From assembly GCA_965223705.1 (NCBI GenBank), contig OZ245015.1, positions 2,528,001 to 2,592,000 of the forward strand: 64,000 nt of DNA, written 5' to 3'. The translations under genes were made by a program, and so were the position numbers. The notes beneath the pieces were generated by a model, which saw only the letters and a program-made list of their open reading frames with translations, did no database searches and was not told where the DNA came from. Source of the stretch: Myxococcota bacterium. Lineage in GTDB: Bacteria; Myxococcota_A; UBA9160; UBA6930. Positions 7,537 through 16,713 of the stretch are shown piece after piece. Every line of letters starts with the position of its first letter. The stretch's first letter is position 1.

Positions 7537-8228
7537 GAAGCGAACAGCTCGAGATTCACCGCGAGGCGCACCGCCTCGATGCAGCGCGGGTCGTCGTTGC
7601 GAACGTCGTTGACCCGCAGGTCCACCGGATGCAGTGACCAATCTCGGATCGCCCGTTCCTCCCATGCCAGGAGATTCGACTCCTCCTCCGCGCCGCCCGC
7701 CAACCAGTCTCCCAGGACCTCCGGACGAAGCGCCACCGGCATCCGCTTGTGGAGCGAGCGGAGCGGGCCGACGGACTCCGTGGTCAGCACGACACACGAG
7801 CCGACGACGGCTCCTTCGGGCCCGAGCCAGTGTTCGTAGAGCCCGGCCAAGCCGAAGACCGGGCACTCCTCGCTCACGACCCGGAACGGCTGCCGAACAC
7901 CGTCATTCTCCCGTCGCCATTCGTAGAAGCCGTCGGCGGGAAGCACACAGCGGCGCTTCCCGGTAGCTCCCCGAAACGCTCGCGACCGCGCGGCTCCCTC
8001 GATGCGCGCGTTGATCGGCCTCGGGCCTTCCCGGGGATCCTTCGCCCAGTGCGGGAGCCAGCCCCAGCTTCTCCATTCGGCGGTGCGGCCCTCGCGCGAC
8101 TCGCGGATCGCCACGACTTCTTGACCCGGAGCGATGTTGTAGCGGGGCGTGAATTCCGCGGGGGGGTCGGTTTCGAAGATCTCGACGAGCTCGCGGCCCG
8201 ATCGGGCGAATGTGAACCGACCGCACAT
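7533..8228 (-). CDS. SOS response-associated peptidase (SRAP/YedK-HMCES family)
   Basis: N-terminal MCGRF, PRYNIAP, INARIE, RCVLPADGFYEW, HKRMPV. Confidence 0.95.
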   Translation of the reverse strand: MCGRFTFARSGRELVEIFETDPPAEFTPRYNIAPGQEVVAIRESREGRTAEWRSWGWLPHWAKDPREGPRPINARIEGAARSRAFRGATGKRRCVLPADGFYEWRRENDGVRQPFRVVSEECPVFGLAGLYEHWLGPEGAVVGSCVVLTTESVGPLRSLHKRMPVALRPEVLGDWLAGGAEEESNLLAWEERAIRDWSLHPVDLRVNDVRNDDPRCIEAVRLAVNLELFAS

Positions 8229-8250
8229 GACCGCTACCGTAGCGCGCCGC

Positions 8251-9195
8251 ATGACAAATGTTTCCGAGACTGGCGAGCCTGCTGCAACGACCGTCGACTT
8301 GGCAAAAATGGGGCGCGCCGGGCTCGGGGGCGTGCTGATGGGGCTCGCGAACCTGGTGCCCGGCATCTCGGGTGGCACCATGCTGCTGGCCTCCGGGGTG
8401 TATCCCGACTTCATCGAGGGCGTCGCGCGTTTCTCGACCTTGCGCTGGCGGCACCCGTCGGTGATCGCGCTCGCCATCGTCCTCGCCTGCGCCCTCGCGG
8501 CCTTGATCTTGTTCGCCGGACCGGTACGCGACGCGGTAATCCACCACCGCGTGGCGATGTACAGCGTGTTCATCGGGCTGACGCTCGGCGGGGTCCCGAT
8601 CGTCTGGATCTTGGCGCGACCCTTCGGGACGACCTTCTGGCTTTGGGCCGGGCTGGCGTTCGGCCTCATGGTGACGATGGCGTGGGTCGAGCCCGCCGGT
8701 GGCGGCGAGGCCGATGTCGCGCTGCTCTTCGTCGCGGGGCTCGCCGGCGCCAGCGCGATGATCTTGCCGGGTATCAGCGGCGGCTACTTGCTGCTCCTCC
8801 TCGGTCAGTACCTTCCGATTCTCGGCGCCATCGACGGTCTCAAGGCGGCCCTTCCCTCGCTCCGCGCTGGCGAACTCGCGCCCGAGCTGATCGCTGCGCT
8901 CGGTGTGGTCGTGCCCGTAGGTCTGGGTTGGGCTTGTGGGGTGGTCGTGGTGAGCAATGCACTCCGCTTCGCCCTGCAGCGCTTCCGTCAACCCACCCTC
9001 GGCACGCTCCTCGGGCTGTTGGTCGGCGCGGTCGCAGGACTCTGGCCGTTTGAACGCGTCGGTGAAACCGGCGAGCGACTCGGCCGCTACATACCCGAAG
9101 CACCCGAGTTCCTGCTCGCCCTGGCGCTCGTCGCGGCGGGCTTTGCCCTCACCGTCCTCATCGGGCGTCTCGGGGGCACGCCGCGCCTCGACTGA
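8251..9195 (+). CDS. DUF368 membrane protein (putative undecaprenyl-phosphate translocase family)
   Basis: Duplicated motif MGLANLVPGISGGT / AMILPGISGG, many TM helices; start uncertain (8251 or 8308). Confidence 0.88.
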   Translation: MTNVSETGEPAATTVDLAKMGRAGLGGVLMGLANLVPGISGGTMLLASGVYPDFIEGVARFSTLRWRHPSVIALAIVLACALAALILFAGPVRDAVIHHRVAMYSVFIGLTLGGVPIVWILARPFGTTFWLWAGLAFGLMVTMAWVEPAGGGEADVALLFVAGLAGASAMILPGISGGYLLLLLGQYLPILGAIDGLKAALPSLRAGELAPELIAALGVVVPVGLGWACGVVVVSNALRFALQRFRQPTLGTLLGLLVGAVAGLWPFERVGETGERLGRYIPEAPEFLLALALVAAGFALTVLIGRLGGTPRLD

Positions 9196-9388
9196 GGGGG
9201 TGAGGGGTCCGGCCCGTCCCAAATTGGGAAAAAGAGTTCCACTGCGCGCGCCTTCTGCGGGCGGCAGCGGATGCGCAACAAACTCTCGAACTCGTGACCG
9301 CAAGGCACTTTTCCGCGCTTCCGGTGGGTCCGCACGCTTCTTGCAACAGCAGAAGCCGGATGGATCCAACGCTCCGGGGGGAGACTTC

Positions 9389-10729
9389 ATGACCGCACTC
9401 TCGCGGCTTGTGTTGATCGCGGTACTGCCCAGTGCACTCGCACTCGGTTGCGCGTATCAAAACATCAAGGCAGACAACGACGATCAGCCCCAGATCCACA
9501 CCGGCGTCGGCGCCAGCATCTTGTATCCAGGCGGCCGAGGGCCGGCCTTTCCGACGATGCCTCCGGGCGCACTCGGTGGCGGGGGTGGCACCCAGTCGCA
9601 GTCGAGCCGCAACGGACAACAGTCCGGAAGCCACAGCCAGCACGGCGGAGGTCCCGCCCAAGGCAGCAGCGCCGCCGATCCCGAGCGGAGCGGCGGTGGC
9701 TTGACCTATCTCGGCGGGAACCAAGGTTCCGAAAGCTCGAGTCGAACGATCAAGCAAGAGCCCCAGGTACTGAAAGTCCTGACGACTCCCGTGGCGATCG
9801 CCGCCTATCCGTTCAAGAAAGCCGCCGATGCGCTTCGCAAGGACGAGTCTCCGCCCGAAGCCGCCGCACCGAGCGAGCCGACGCGCCCGGCGACCGCCGA
9901 CGTTCACGCCGAGCACGAACGCGCAGAGCTCGAAGCCATGCGCCGGGACCTCGAAACGCGCGAAGCGCCGGAGCGGAGCGCGGCGCGGGCGACATCTTCC
10001 CGACGTCCGACGTCTCTCGCCGACGAGCTGGCCCGATTGCGGGGCGGCGAAGCCACGACGGCCCCCGGCACGGATTACGCCCGCGTCGAGCCGACCGATA
10101 CCTACCGACGCCGACCGGAGATCGTCGGCGCGGACCGCGTCGCGGACCGGAATCAAGACGGACAGCCGGACCACTGGCGTTTCCTCGAAGCCGGACAGCT
10201 CGCGCGCGAACAATTCGATGACAACGCAGACGGCACCCCGGACCGAACCGTCTTCTACGATGCTGCGACCGGAGAGCGCGCCCGGCTCGAAGAAGACAGC
10301 AACGGAGACGGTGTCACCGACACGTGGGTCGATTACCGCGATGGCGTTGTGTCGAAGCGACGCGGCGACGGCGACGGCGACGGTCAGATCGACCGCTGGG
10401 TGTTCTACCGCCGCGGCCAGATTTCGCGGCTCGAAGAGGACCTCGACGGCGACGGCTACCGCGATCGCGTAGGCCACTACGAGGGCGGGAAGGTCGCACG
10501 CGAAGAAGAAGATCGGGACGGGGACGGTCGAACGGATCGAATCTCCTTCTACGATGCTTCCGAGACGCTGACCCGGCGCGACGAAGACCGCGATGGCGAC
10601 GGGGTGATCGACGTTCGTTCCCACTACGAAAACGGCAAGCTCGCCCGCCGCGAAATGGTCGAACAGGCCGCCGACGAGCGCGTCGAGCCCGAACCGCTGC
10701 GCCCCGATCCGGCGTTCGGCGACGGGTAG
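9389..10729 (+). CDS. Lipoprotein with Gly/Ser/Gln-rich linker and seven DxD/NxDGxxD repeats
   Basis: GGGAG RBS, lipobox LALGC, ~24-aa periodic acidic repeats. Confidence 0.85.
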   Translation: MTALSRLVLIAVLPSALALGCAYQNIKADNDDQPQIHTGVGASILYPGGRGPAFPTMPPGALGGGGGTQSQSSRNGQQSGSHSQHGGGPAQGSSAADPERSGGGLTYLGGNQGSESSSRTIKQEPQVLKVLTTPVAIAAYPFKKAADALRKDESPPEAAAPSEPTRPATADVHAEHERAELEAMRRDLETREAPERSAARATSSRRPTSLADELARLRGGEATTAPGTDYARVEPTDTYRRRPEIVGADRVADRNQDGQPDHWRFLEAGQLAREQFDDNADGTPDRTVFYDAATGERARLEEDSNGDGVTDTWVDYRDGVVSKRRGDGDGDGQIDRWVFYRRGQISRLEEDLDGDGYRDRVGHYEGGKVAREEEDRDGDGRTDRISFYDASETLTRRDEDRDGDGVIDVRSHYENGKLARREMVEQAADERVEPEPLRPDPAFGDG

Positions 10730-10735
10730 GACGCC

Positions 10736-11254
10736 GTGCTCCCCCGCAACTTGCGCGAGGCCGCATTTTTCCTGTTCGGGCTCTGGGCCGCGTTCGCACT
10801 CCTCGTCCCCTTGGTCGCTCCGAGTCACGCGAACGCCGCGGAGCCCTACCTCGAGGAGCTCGAGCGCGAGATCTTCACCGCGGTGAATCGGTTTCGCGAC
10901 GAGCGCAAGCTCATTCCCCTCGCACGCCGACCGGAGCTCGACGCGGTCGCACGGGCTCACTCGACCGACATGATCGCGCGCGGTTTCTTCGCACACGAAA
11001 ACCCCGAGGGCCACATCTGGGTCGACCGTCTGCGCATCGCGGGCGTCGACGGCTTCAGCCTCGCGGGAGAGAACGTCGGGCTGACGAGCCGCTCCGATCC
11101 CGTCCGGGAAATCGTCGGCGGCTGGGAGCGCTCGCCAGTGCACCTCGAGAATCTGAAAGCGCGCCCGTTCAACGCCACCGGCGTCGGCATCGCGCGGGCG
11201 CCCGACGGCACCCTCTACGTGACGCAGCTCTACCTGACGTTTCCGAAGGACTGA
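10736..11254 (+). CDS. CAP/SCP domain secreted protein
   Basis: VNRFR, ARAHSTDM..GFFAH, AGENVG, WERSPVHLENL, TGVGI. Confidence 0.9.
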   Translation: MLPRNLREAAFFLFGLWAAFALLVPLVAPSHANAAEPYLEELEREIFTAVNRFRDERKLIPLARRPELDAVARAHSTDMIARGFFAHENPEGHIWVDRLRIAGVDGFSLAGENVGLTSRSDPVREIVGGWERSPVHLENLKARPFNATGVGIARAPDGTLYVTQLYLTFPKD

Positions 11255-11314
11255 CGCGGACTAGAAGCGCTCGGTGATGCGGCTGACGCGGACTAGAAGC
11301 GCGCGGTGATGCGG
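11251..11314. repeat. 32-bp tandem duplication at a convergent gene junction
   Basis: CTGACGCGGACTAGAAGCGC(T/G)CGGTGATGCGG twice, one mismatch. Confidence 0.95.
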
Positions 11315-12165
11315 CGGTCGTCCCAGTAGATATCGAGCTCGGAATCGAGCCGCATCGTCGGGGGCAGGACCACGAAGCCCAAGACCGGTTCGTCGGCGTC
11401 GAGTTCACCCAACCGGCCGGCGAGGAGGCCGAACTGAGCGGTATTCCGCTCGTCCGGCTGGAAGGTGTAGTGCGCCTGCACCAGCGTGAAGTTGGGATGG
11501 AAGACCTCAGGACGCCGCGAATAGGCCGAGAAGAGCAGCACCCCACCGGCATCGAGCCCCCCTCGACTGTCCCACTCATCTCGCAGCCGCCGCTCGAAGG
11601 TCGGCGAGTGCGCAAAGCGCACCGCGAAGACCCCGCGCCCATCGGCCGTCTCCCGCGTCAACTCCGCGGGTCGCGCGCGCTGGGAGAGCTCGACAATCTC
11701 GTAGAGGTCGCGCAGCTCGTCGCCGGAGAGTCCGAGGGCGAGCGGTTGCAACGCTTCGTGGCTTTCCGCCACCACCGGAGGTGTCGGCGCACTGCGCTCC
11801 TGCGCGCCCTGTGGCGCGCCGACGAAGCCCGCGCCCGCCTCGCCGACGTTTCCGAGCTCGCGCACTTCGCGCGCCGCTTCGATCAAGTTGTAGGGGTTGT
11901 TCGGGTTCTGGCGCTCGTTGTAGACCTGCCAGGTGTAGGGCGACGGAAGGTATTCCGGCCGCACCGGGGGGACATCCGACGGTTCGACCCGCTTCGATTC
12001 CGAGCACGGAATGGCCGCCGCCGACTGCACGATGTAGACACTGCCGTCCGGGCAAACCCCCGTGATGCTCTCGGCATGACTCGCGGCAGAAGCGATCGCG
12101 CAGGCTGCGAGCAATACGCCCGCGCCTTTCCGCTTCAGTCTCCGCCGCATCCATCGTCGTCGCAT
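11293..12165 (-). CDS. Hypothetical exported protein
   Basis: Basic N-terminus, signal-like LLAACAIASAASHA, Cys pair; follows rluB in the operon; start uncertain. Confidence 0.7.
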   Translation of the reverse strand: MRRRWMRRRLKRKGAGVLLAACAIASAASHAESITGVCPDGSVYIVQSAAAIPCSESKRVEPSDVPPVRPEYLPSPYTWQVYNERQNPNNPYNLIEAAREVRELGNVGEAGAGFVGAPQGAQERSAPTPPVVAESHEALQPLALGLSGDELRDLYEIVELSQRARPAELTRETADGRGVFAVRFAHSPTFERRLRDEWDSRGGLDAGGVLLFSAYSRRPEVFHPNFTLVQAHYTFQPDERNTAQFGLLAGRLGELDADEPVLGFVVLPPTMRLDSELDIYWDDRRITARF

Positions 12166-12213
12166 GGTGCGCTCCGCGCCCTTCCCCAAACGGTAAGTGG
12201 GCCGCGAGGAGCG

Positions 12214-12954
12214 TTAGGTGACGACGGTTTTTTGCCGTTCGACGTGCAGGGCCAAGCGCCGCCGCTCGTCTTTCCGCAGCGGACGGGCGTGGCCCACCGG
12301 CAACTTGCCGAGCAGTAGCGGGCCCATGGCGACGCGCTCGAGGCGGAGCACCCGACATCCCAGGTGTCCCATGCTGCGACGGATCTGCCGCTTGCGTCCT
12401 TCGCGTAGCTCCAGCACGACTTCCGTCCCTCGAGGTGTGCGGCGGACGCGCACGACGTGTGCGGGGGCGGTCGGGCCGTCTTCGAGTCGTACGCCTCGCG
12501 CGATCGCCCGAGACTCCTCCTTGCCGAAGGTTCCGGCGACCAGCACCTCGTAGCGACGAATCGTCCCGAGCGACGGATGGAGAAGCACCTGAGCCGTCGC
12601 CCCGTCGTTGGTGAGGAGCAGGAGGCCTTGTGAATCGAGATCGAGACGCCCGACTGGGAAGAGCCTCTCGTGCGCGGCGCTCTGCGGCAAGAGGTCCAGT
12701 ACGGTTCGCCGGCCTTCGGGATCCGAGCACGTCGACAAGACGCCCCGCGGCTTGTTGAGGAGCCAGTAGCGCAGAGGCTCACGCTCGATGGGCTCTCCGT
12801 CGACGAGGACGACGGCGGTCAGAGCAGCGACGCGCTCACCGATCTGCGCCACCCGGCCGTCGACGGTGACGCGGCCCGCTCGAATGAGATCTTCCGCCTG
12901 GCGACGGGACGCCACCCCCGCGCGCGCTAGCACTTTCTGCAGACGCTCGGTCAG
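12214..12954 (-). CDS. rluB: rRNA pseudouridine synthase, RluB/RsuA family
   Basis: S4 domain ERLQKVLARAGVASRR, NKPRG, catalytic VGRLDLDSQGLLLLTNDG, EGRKRQIRR; follows scpAB. Start placed at CTG (inferred). Confidence 0.88.
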   Translation of the reverse strand: MTERLQKVLARAGVASRRQAEDLIRAGRVTVDGRVAQIGERVAALTAVVLVDGEPIEREPLRYWLLNKPRGVLSTCSDPEGRRTVLDLLPQSAAHERLFPVGRLDLDSQGLLLLTNDGATAQVLLHPSLGTIRRYEVLVAGTFGKEESRAIARGVRLEDGPTAPAHVVRVRRTPRGTEVVLELREGRKRQIRRSMGHLGCRVLRLERVAMGPLLLGKLPVGHARPLRKDERRRLALHVERQKTVVT

Positions 12955-13571
12955 TGGAGCTCGCTTACGGCGGCGGTCTCCTCGAGGTCCGTCGTTTCGG
13001 TGGGCGGCGGCTCGGCCGCCGGCCCCGGGCTGCCGAGATCGAGTTCTCCGCGAATCTCCTCGAGATCCCGCAACGTGGGGAGGTCTTTCAGGTTCCGCAG
13101 GCCGAAGACTTCGAGGAAACGCGGCGCGGTGCTGTAGAGCATCGGTCGCCCGGGCACGTCTCGGTGTCCGGCGGTCCGGATCAGCCCGCGATCCAACAAG
13201 TTGCGAACGACCGGGCCGGCATCGACGCCGCGGACGTCTTCGATTTCCGCGCGAGTCACGGGCTGCCGGTAGGCGACCACGGAGAGGGTTTCGAGTGCGG
13301 CGCGAGAGAGGCGGAGCGGTCGCTCGGGTTGCAATTGTTTCACGTACGGCGCGTAGTCGCCTCGCGTGCGGATCTGATAGCCGCCAGCGACGGTCCAGAT
13401 CTCAAACGCGTGGCCCGCGGTCTCGTAATCGGCACGGAGCTCCTCGGCCAGCTCGCGGGCGAGAGCGGGCTTCAAGTACGGGACGATGGCGGCGAGTTTC
13501 GCCGGAGTCACCGGAACAGGTGCCGCGACGATCAACGCTTCGACAATTCTCTTCTTCTGCTCTCGATCCAC
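12951..13571 (-). CDS. scpB: SMC-Scp complex subunit ScpB
   Basis: AGGYQIRT, LSRAALETLSVVAYRQPVTRAEIEDVRGV, GRPMLY. Confidence 0.96.
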   Translation of the reverse strand: MDREQKKRIVEALIVAAPVPVTPAKLAAIVPYLKPALARELAEELRADYETAGHAFEIWTVAGGYQIRTRGDYAPYVKQLQPERPLRLSRAALETLSVVAYRQPVTRAEIEDVRGVDAGPVVRNLLDRGLIRTAGHRDVPGRPMLYSTAPRFLEVFGLRNLKDLPTLRDLEEIRGELDLGSPGPAAEPPPTETTDLEETAAVSELH

Positions 13572-13587
13572 GCCGATCCCCTCTGGC

Positions 13588-14400
13588 CTACATCAACTCG
13601 GAAACTTTGGAGCGCCAATCCTGGCCTTCTCCGCCCGCCGGACGAAGGCGAATCGGCCCGGTAGGAACGCCCTGCGCATCGACGCCTTGGTACACACGAA
13701 CGGCGCCCAGGCGCACGAGCTCGAGAATCGCGAGGAACGTCGCGATCAGTACAGGGCGCGACGGCAATCCGCCGTCGACTGCGAAGATGCGCTCGAATTC
13801 GATTTGCTGCGCATTCTCGAGCTCCGCCATCACCACGACCAGCCGCTCGCGGACCGTGACCGACTCGGACTGGACTTCGTGAACCCCCGGTCCCTCCGGG
13901 CCTTTCGCGAGCACGCGGCGGAAGGCCTCGACGAGCGCCACGACGCTGACTTCCAGTTCGCGCTCGGCGTCGGGAGTCGGGTCGGGATCCGGGGTGACCA
14001 TGGCGTAGACCTCGCGACCGAGAAGAGGCCGTTCGCCGAGCTCGAGGGACGCTTCCTTGTACTGCTGGTAGGCGAGGAGCCGGGCGACGAGCTCCTCGCG
14101 CGGATCGACCCCGTCGTCCTCGTCCTCGCCGGCGACTTGCGGCAGCAACATGCGGGATTTGATCCAGGCCAGCGTCGCGGCCATGACCAAGTACTCGGCA
14201 GCCACCTCGAGCTGGGACTCCGTCATGAGGGACAGCGTCTCGACGTACTGATCGGCGATCTGTGCGATGGGGATATCGGTGATCTCCACCTCGTTCTGTC
14301 GGATGAGATGGAGAAGGAGATCGAGCGGCCCCTCGAAGGTGGGCAGCTTCACCGCGTAGGTACTTACCGCGCTTTCCCCGTCGCCGACGTCCGGGCTCAT
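13588..14400 (-). CDS. scpA: Segregation and condensation protein ScpA
   Basis: FEGPLDLLLHLI, AAEYLVMAATL, IKSRMLLP, TFLAILEL; GGAGG RBS. Confidence 0.96.
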   Translation of the reverse strand: MSPDVGDGESAVSTYAVKLPTFEGPLDLLLHLIRQNEVEITDIPIAQIADQYVETLSLMTESQLEVAAEYLVMAATLAWIKSRMLLPQVAGEDEDDGVDPREELVARLLAYQQYKEASLELGERPLLGREVYAMVTPDPDPTPDAERELEVSVVALVEAFRRVLAKGPEGPGVHEVQSESVTVRERLVVVMAELENAQQIEFERIFAVDGGLPSRPVLIATFLAILELVRLGAVRVYQGVDAQGVPTGPIRLRPAGGEGQDWRSKVSELM

Positions 14401-14461
14401 GAGACCTCCGAAATACTCTGCGCTGTCGGGGGGATGGCGAGAACGCCTCAAGTATGCGGAT

Positions 14462-15805
14462 CTAGTCCGACTTTCGCAACGCGGGAAAGCCGGAGCGCTG
14501 GATCTCACGACCCAGCGCGAGACCGACTTCCGGTTCCCTCCAACGCCCGTCCAAATACAAATGGCGGAGCCGCGCCAACACCGCACCGATCGCCGGTCCC
14601 CGAAATCCGAGTTCGCGCAGGTCGTCGCCGCTGAGCGGCACCGTTCGATGCCGGTCCTCGGCCGCATAGCGCCCCACCCGACGCCTCTCCGAGGCCTCTC
14701 CCGAGCAGTAGAGAGCGAGCAGCGTCGCTTCGTCCCGGTCGGAGAGAAGCGCGTCCACCGCGCCGCGTCCTCGCGCGCGCGAGAGTGCGCGCAACGTCCG
14801 CTTTCGGTCGGCGCAAAACCCGAGGATCCTCCGAGCGGGATCACCTCGGATATCGAACCGCGCGAGAACGCGCTCCGGCCAATCACCGCCGAGCGCGCCG
14901 AGCCACAGCATCCATGCGGACAGCGCTGCCGGTCGCGAGGAAGCGGTCGGCCAGGGCGGGTCGGTGAGCGCGCGTTCGAGACGGCGCACCGGGAGCCGCG
15001 CGCGCTTTGGAAACGCGAGCCCCGGTTCGAGGGCCGGAAGGACATGCCAGTCCCCGAGCGAGGAGAGCCCGCGCGAGATCTTCTCTCCGCGTTCTCCGTC
15101 GCGGAACAACCGCTCGAGCTCCCGTCGGTAGCGCGGGCCAGATACCGAGGCAAACGCGCCCTCGCGCAACGCGGAACGGAGCCCCGCCAGAGTCTCCGGG
15201 TCCAGTCGGTAGCGCCCTCGCGCGGCGAATCGGGCCGCCCGCAGCGCCCGCGTCGGGTCGTCGTGAAAACTCCGGTCGTGAAGGGTGCGCAGGGTGCGCG
15301 TGCGCAAATCCGCCGAACCGCCGAAGGGATCCACGACGGCCGAACGGCCGCGCTTCGCCGCGGCGGTGAGCGGGATCGCCATTGCGTTCACCGAAAAATC
15401 GCGCCGGCTGAGATCGGCCTCGAGCGAAGCCACGGCGACTTTCGGCAGCGCCCCGGGTTTTGCGTAACGCTCTTGCCGCGTGACTGCGATATCGATGCAG
15501 GCGTCACCGCACGAGAGCCGCGCGGTGCCGAAGCGCTCGGTCTCGGTTACGTCGTAGCCCGTCTCCGCCGCGTCGCGAGCCAGCGCGGCGGCATCGCGGA
15601 GCGTTCTGCCCTCCATACAAAAATCGAGATCGCGAAGTGACTCACCTGCGAGCCAATCGCGAACCGGACCGCCGACCAGGAACAGGGCGACGCCTTGTTT
15701 CGTGGCCTCCGCCATCAGGCGATCGAATGGCTTTCGGTAGGGCGGCGGCGCCGCTCGGCGAAGCTCACGCCGGGTGGGCGGGCGCTCGGGCAGCGGTGCC
15801 GTCAC
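14462..15805 (-). CDS. Class II tRNA nucleotidyltransferase (CCA/A-adding, poly(A) polymerase family)
   Basis: LVGGPVRD, DLD, FGTA, DLSRRDFSVNAMA, DDPTRALRAARF; GTGA overlap with the xerD stop. Confidence 0.9.
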   Translation of the reverse strand: MTAPLPERPPTRRELRRAAPPPYRKPFDRLMAEATKQGVALFLVGGPVRDWLAGESLRDLDFCMEGRTLRDAAALARDAAETGYDVTETERFGTARLSCGDACIDIAVTRQERYAKPGALPKVAVASLEADLSRRDFSVNAMAIPLTAAAKRGRSAVVDPFGGSADLRTRTLRTLHDRSFHDDPTRALRAARFAARGRYRLDPETLAGLRSALREGAFASVSGPRYRRELERLFRDGERGEKISRGLSSLGDWHVLPALEPGLAFPKRARLPVRRLERALTDPPWPTASSRPAALSAWMLWLGALGGDWPERVLARFDIRGDPARRILGFCADRKRTLRALSRARGRGAVDALLSDRDEATLLALYCSGEASERRRVGRYAAEDRHRTVPLSGDDLRELGFRGPAIGAVLARLRHLYLDGRWREPEVGLALGREIQRSGFPALRKSD

Positions 15806-16713
15806 CCGCCGCCCCGTGGATGGCGCCGTTCGACGGTGTCGCGAAGCCGACTGCGAGAGACGTGGGTGTAGATTTCCGTGGTCGCCAAGTCGGCGTGGCC
15901 GAGCATCGCCTGAACGGCCCGCAGATCTGCGCCCCCGTCCAGCAAATCGGTCGCAAAACTGTGCCTCAAGGCGTGAGGGCTCACGCGCTCGCGAGGGATC
16001 CCGGCGCGGCCCGCCAGTACTTTCAAACGCTGAAAGAAGTTCTGCCGAGTCATCGGACCGCCTCGTCGCGTGAGGAAGAGCGCATCGGTGGCCGGTCGGC
16101 GCGCGGCGAGTGTCGGCCGACCGTCTTTCAGATAACGAGCGATCCAACCGAGGGCGATCTCGCCCAGCGGAACAATTCGCTCGTGCCCGCCTTTACCGCG
16201 AACCCGCGCAAAGCCGGCGGACGTATCGAGGGCCGACACCGGCAGCTGGACCAGCTCGCTCACGCGGAGCCCACCGCCGTAGAGGACTTCGAGCATCGTG
16301 CGATCGCGCAGTCCGAGGACGCCGTCGTCCGTCGCAGCGGCGAGGAGGGCGTCACTTTCTTCGGGGCGCAATACCTTCGGCAAATGGCGTCCGAGCTTCG
16401 GCGCGACGAGCTCTCCTGTCGGGTCACGCGTCGCCACGCCGGTCGCGACGAGATGGCGATAGAACCGTCGCAGGGCGACCCGCCGCCTGGCGCGCGTGCG
16501 CGCCGCCTGGCCCGAAGCGTGAGCCGCCGCGACAAAGGCCAATACGTCTTCCTTGTCGACAGACGAAGGCGTCCGCTTCTCGTGATCGATCGCCCATCGG
16601 GCGAACCCCGTGAGATCCGCTGCGTAGGCACCTACAGTGCGCGCCGCCAGGTGTTCTTCCGTGCGCAGGTGCAACACGAAGCCATCGATCGCGGCGTCCC
16701 ACGCGCGATTCAC
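15802..16713 (-). CDS. xerD: Site-specific tyrosine recombinase XerD
   Basis: RDRTMLEVLY..GLRVSEL, GKGGHERIVP, SPHALRHSFAT, LGHADLATTEIYTHV; housekeeping context. Confidence 0.92.
   Translation of the reverse strand: MNRAWDAAIDGFVLHLRTEEHLAARTVGAYAADLTGFARWAIDHEKRTPSSVDKEDVLAFVAAAHASGQAARTRARRRVALRRFYRHLVATGVATRDPTGELVAPKLGRHLPKVLRPEESDALLAAATDDGVLGLRDRTMLEVLYGGGLRVSELVQLPVSALDTSAGFARVRGKGGHERIVPLGEIALGWIARYLKDGRPTLAARRPATDALFLTRRGGPMTRQNFFQRLKVLAGRAGIPRERVSPHALRHSFATDLLDGGADLRAVQAMLGHADLATTEIYTHVSRSRLRDTVERRHPRGGG

Noticed and set aside
15802..16713. Tyrosine recombinase as an integrase or as the array shuffling enzyme
   Set aside because: Ordinary XerD embedded by overlapping codons in a housekeeping operon; no att sites or inverted cassettes seen.
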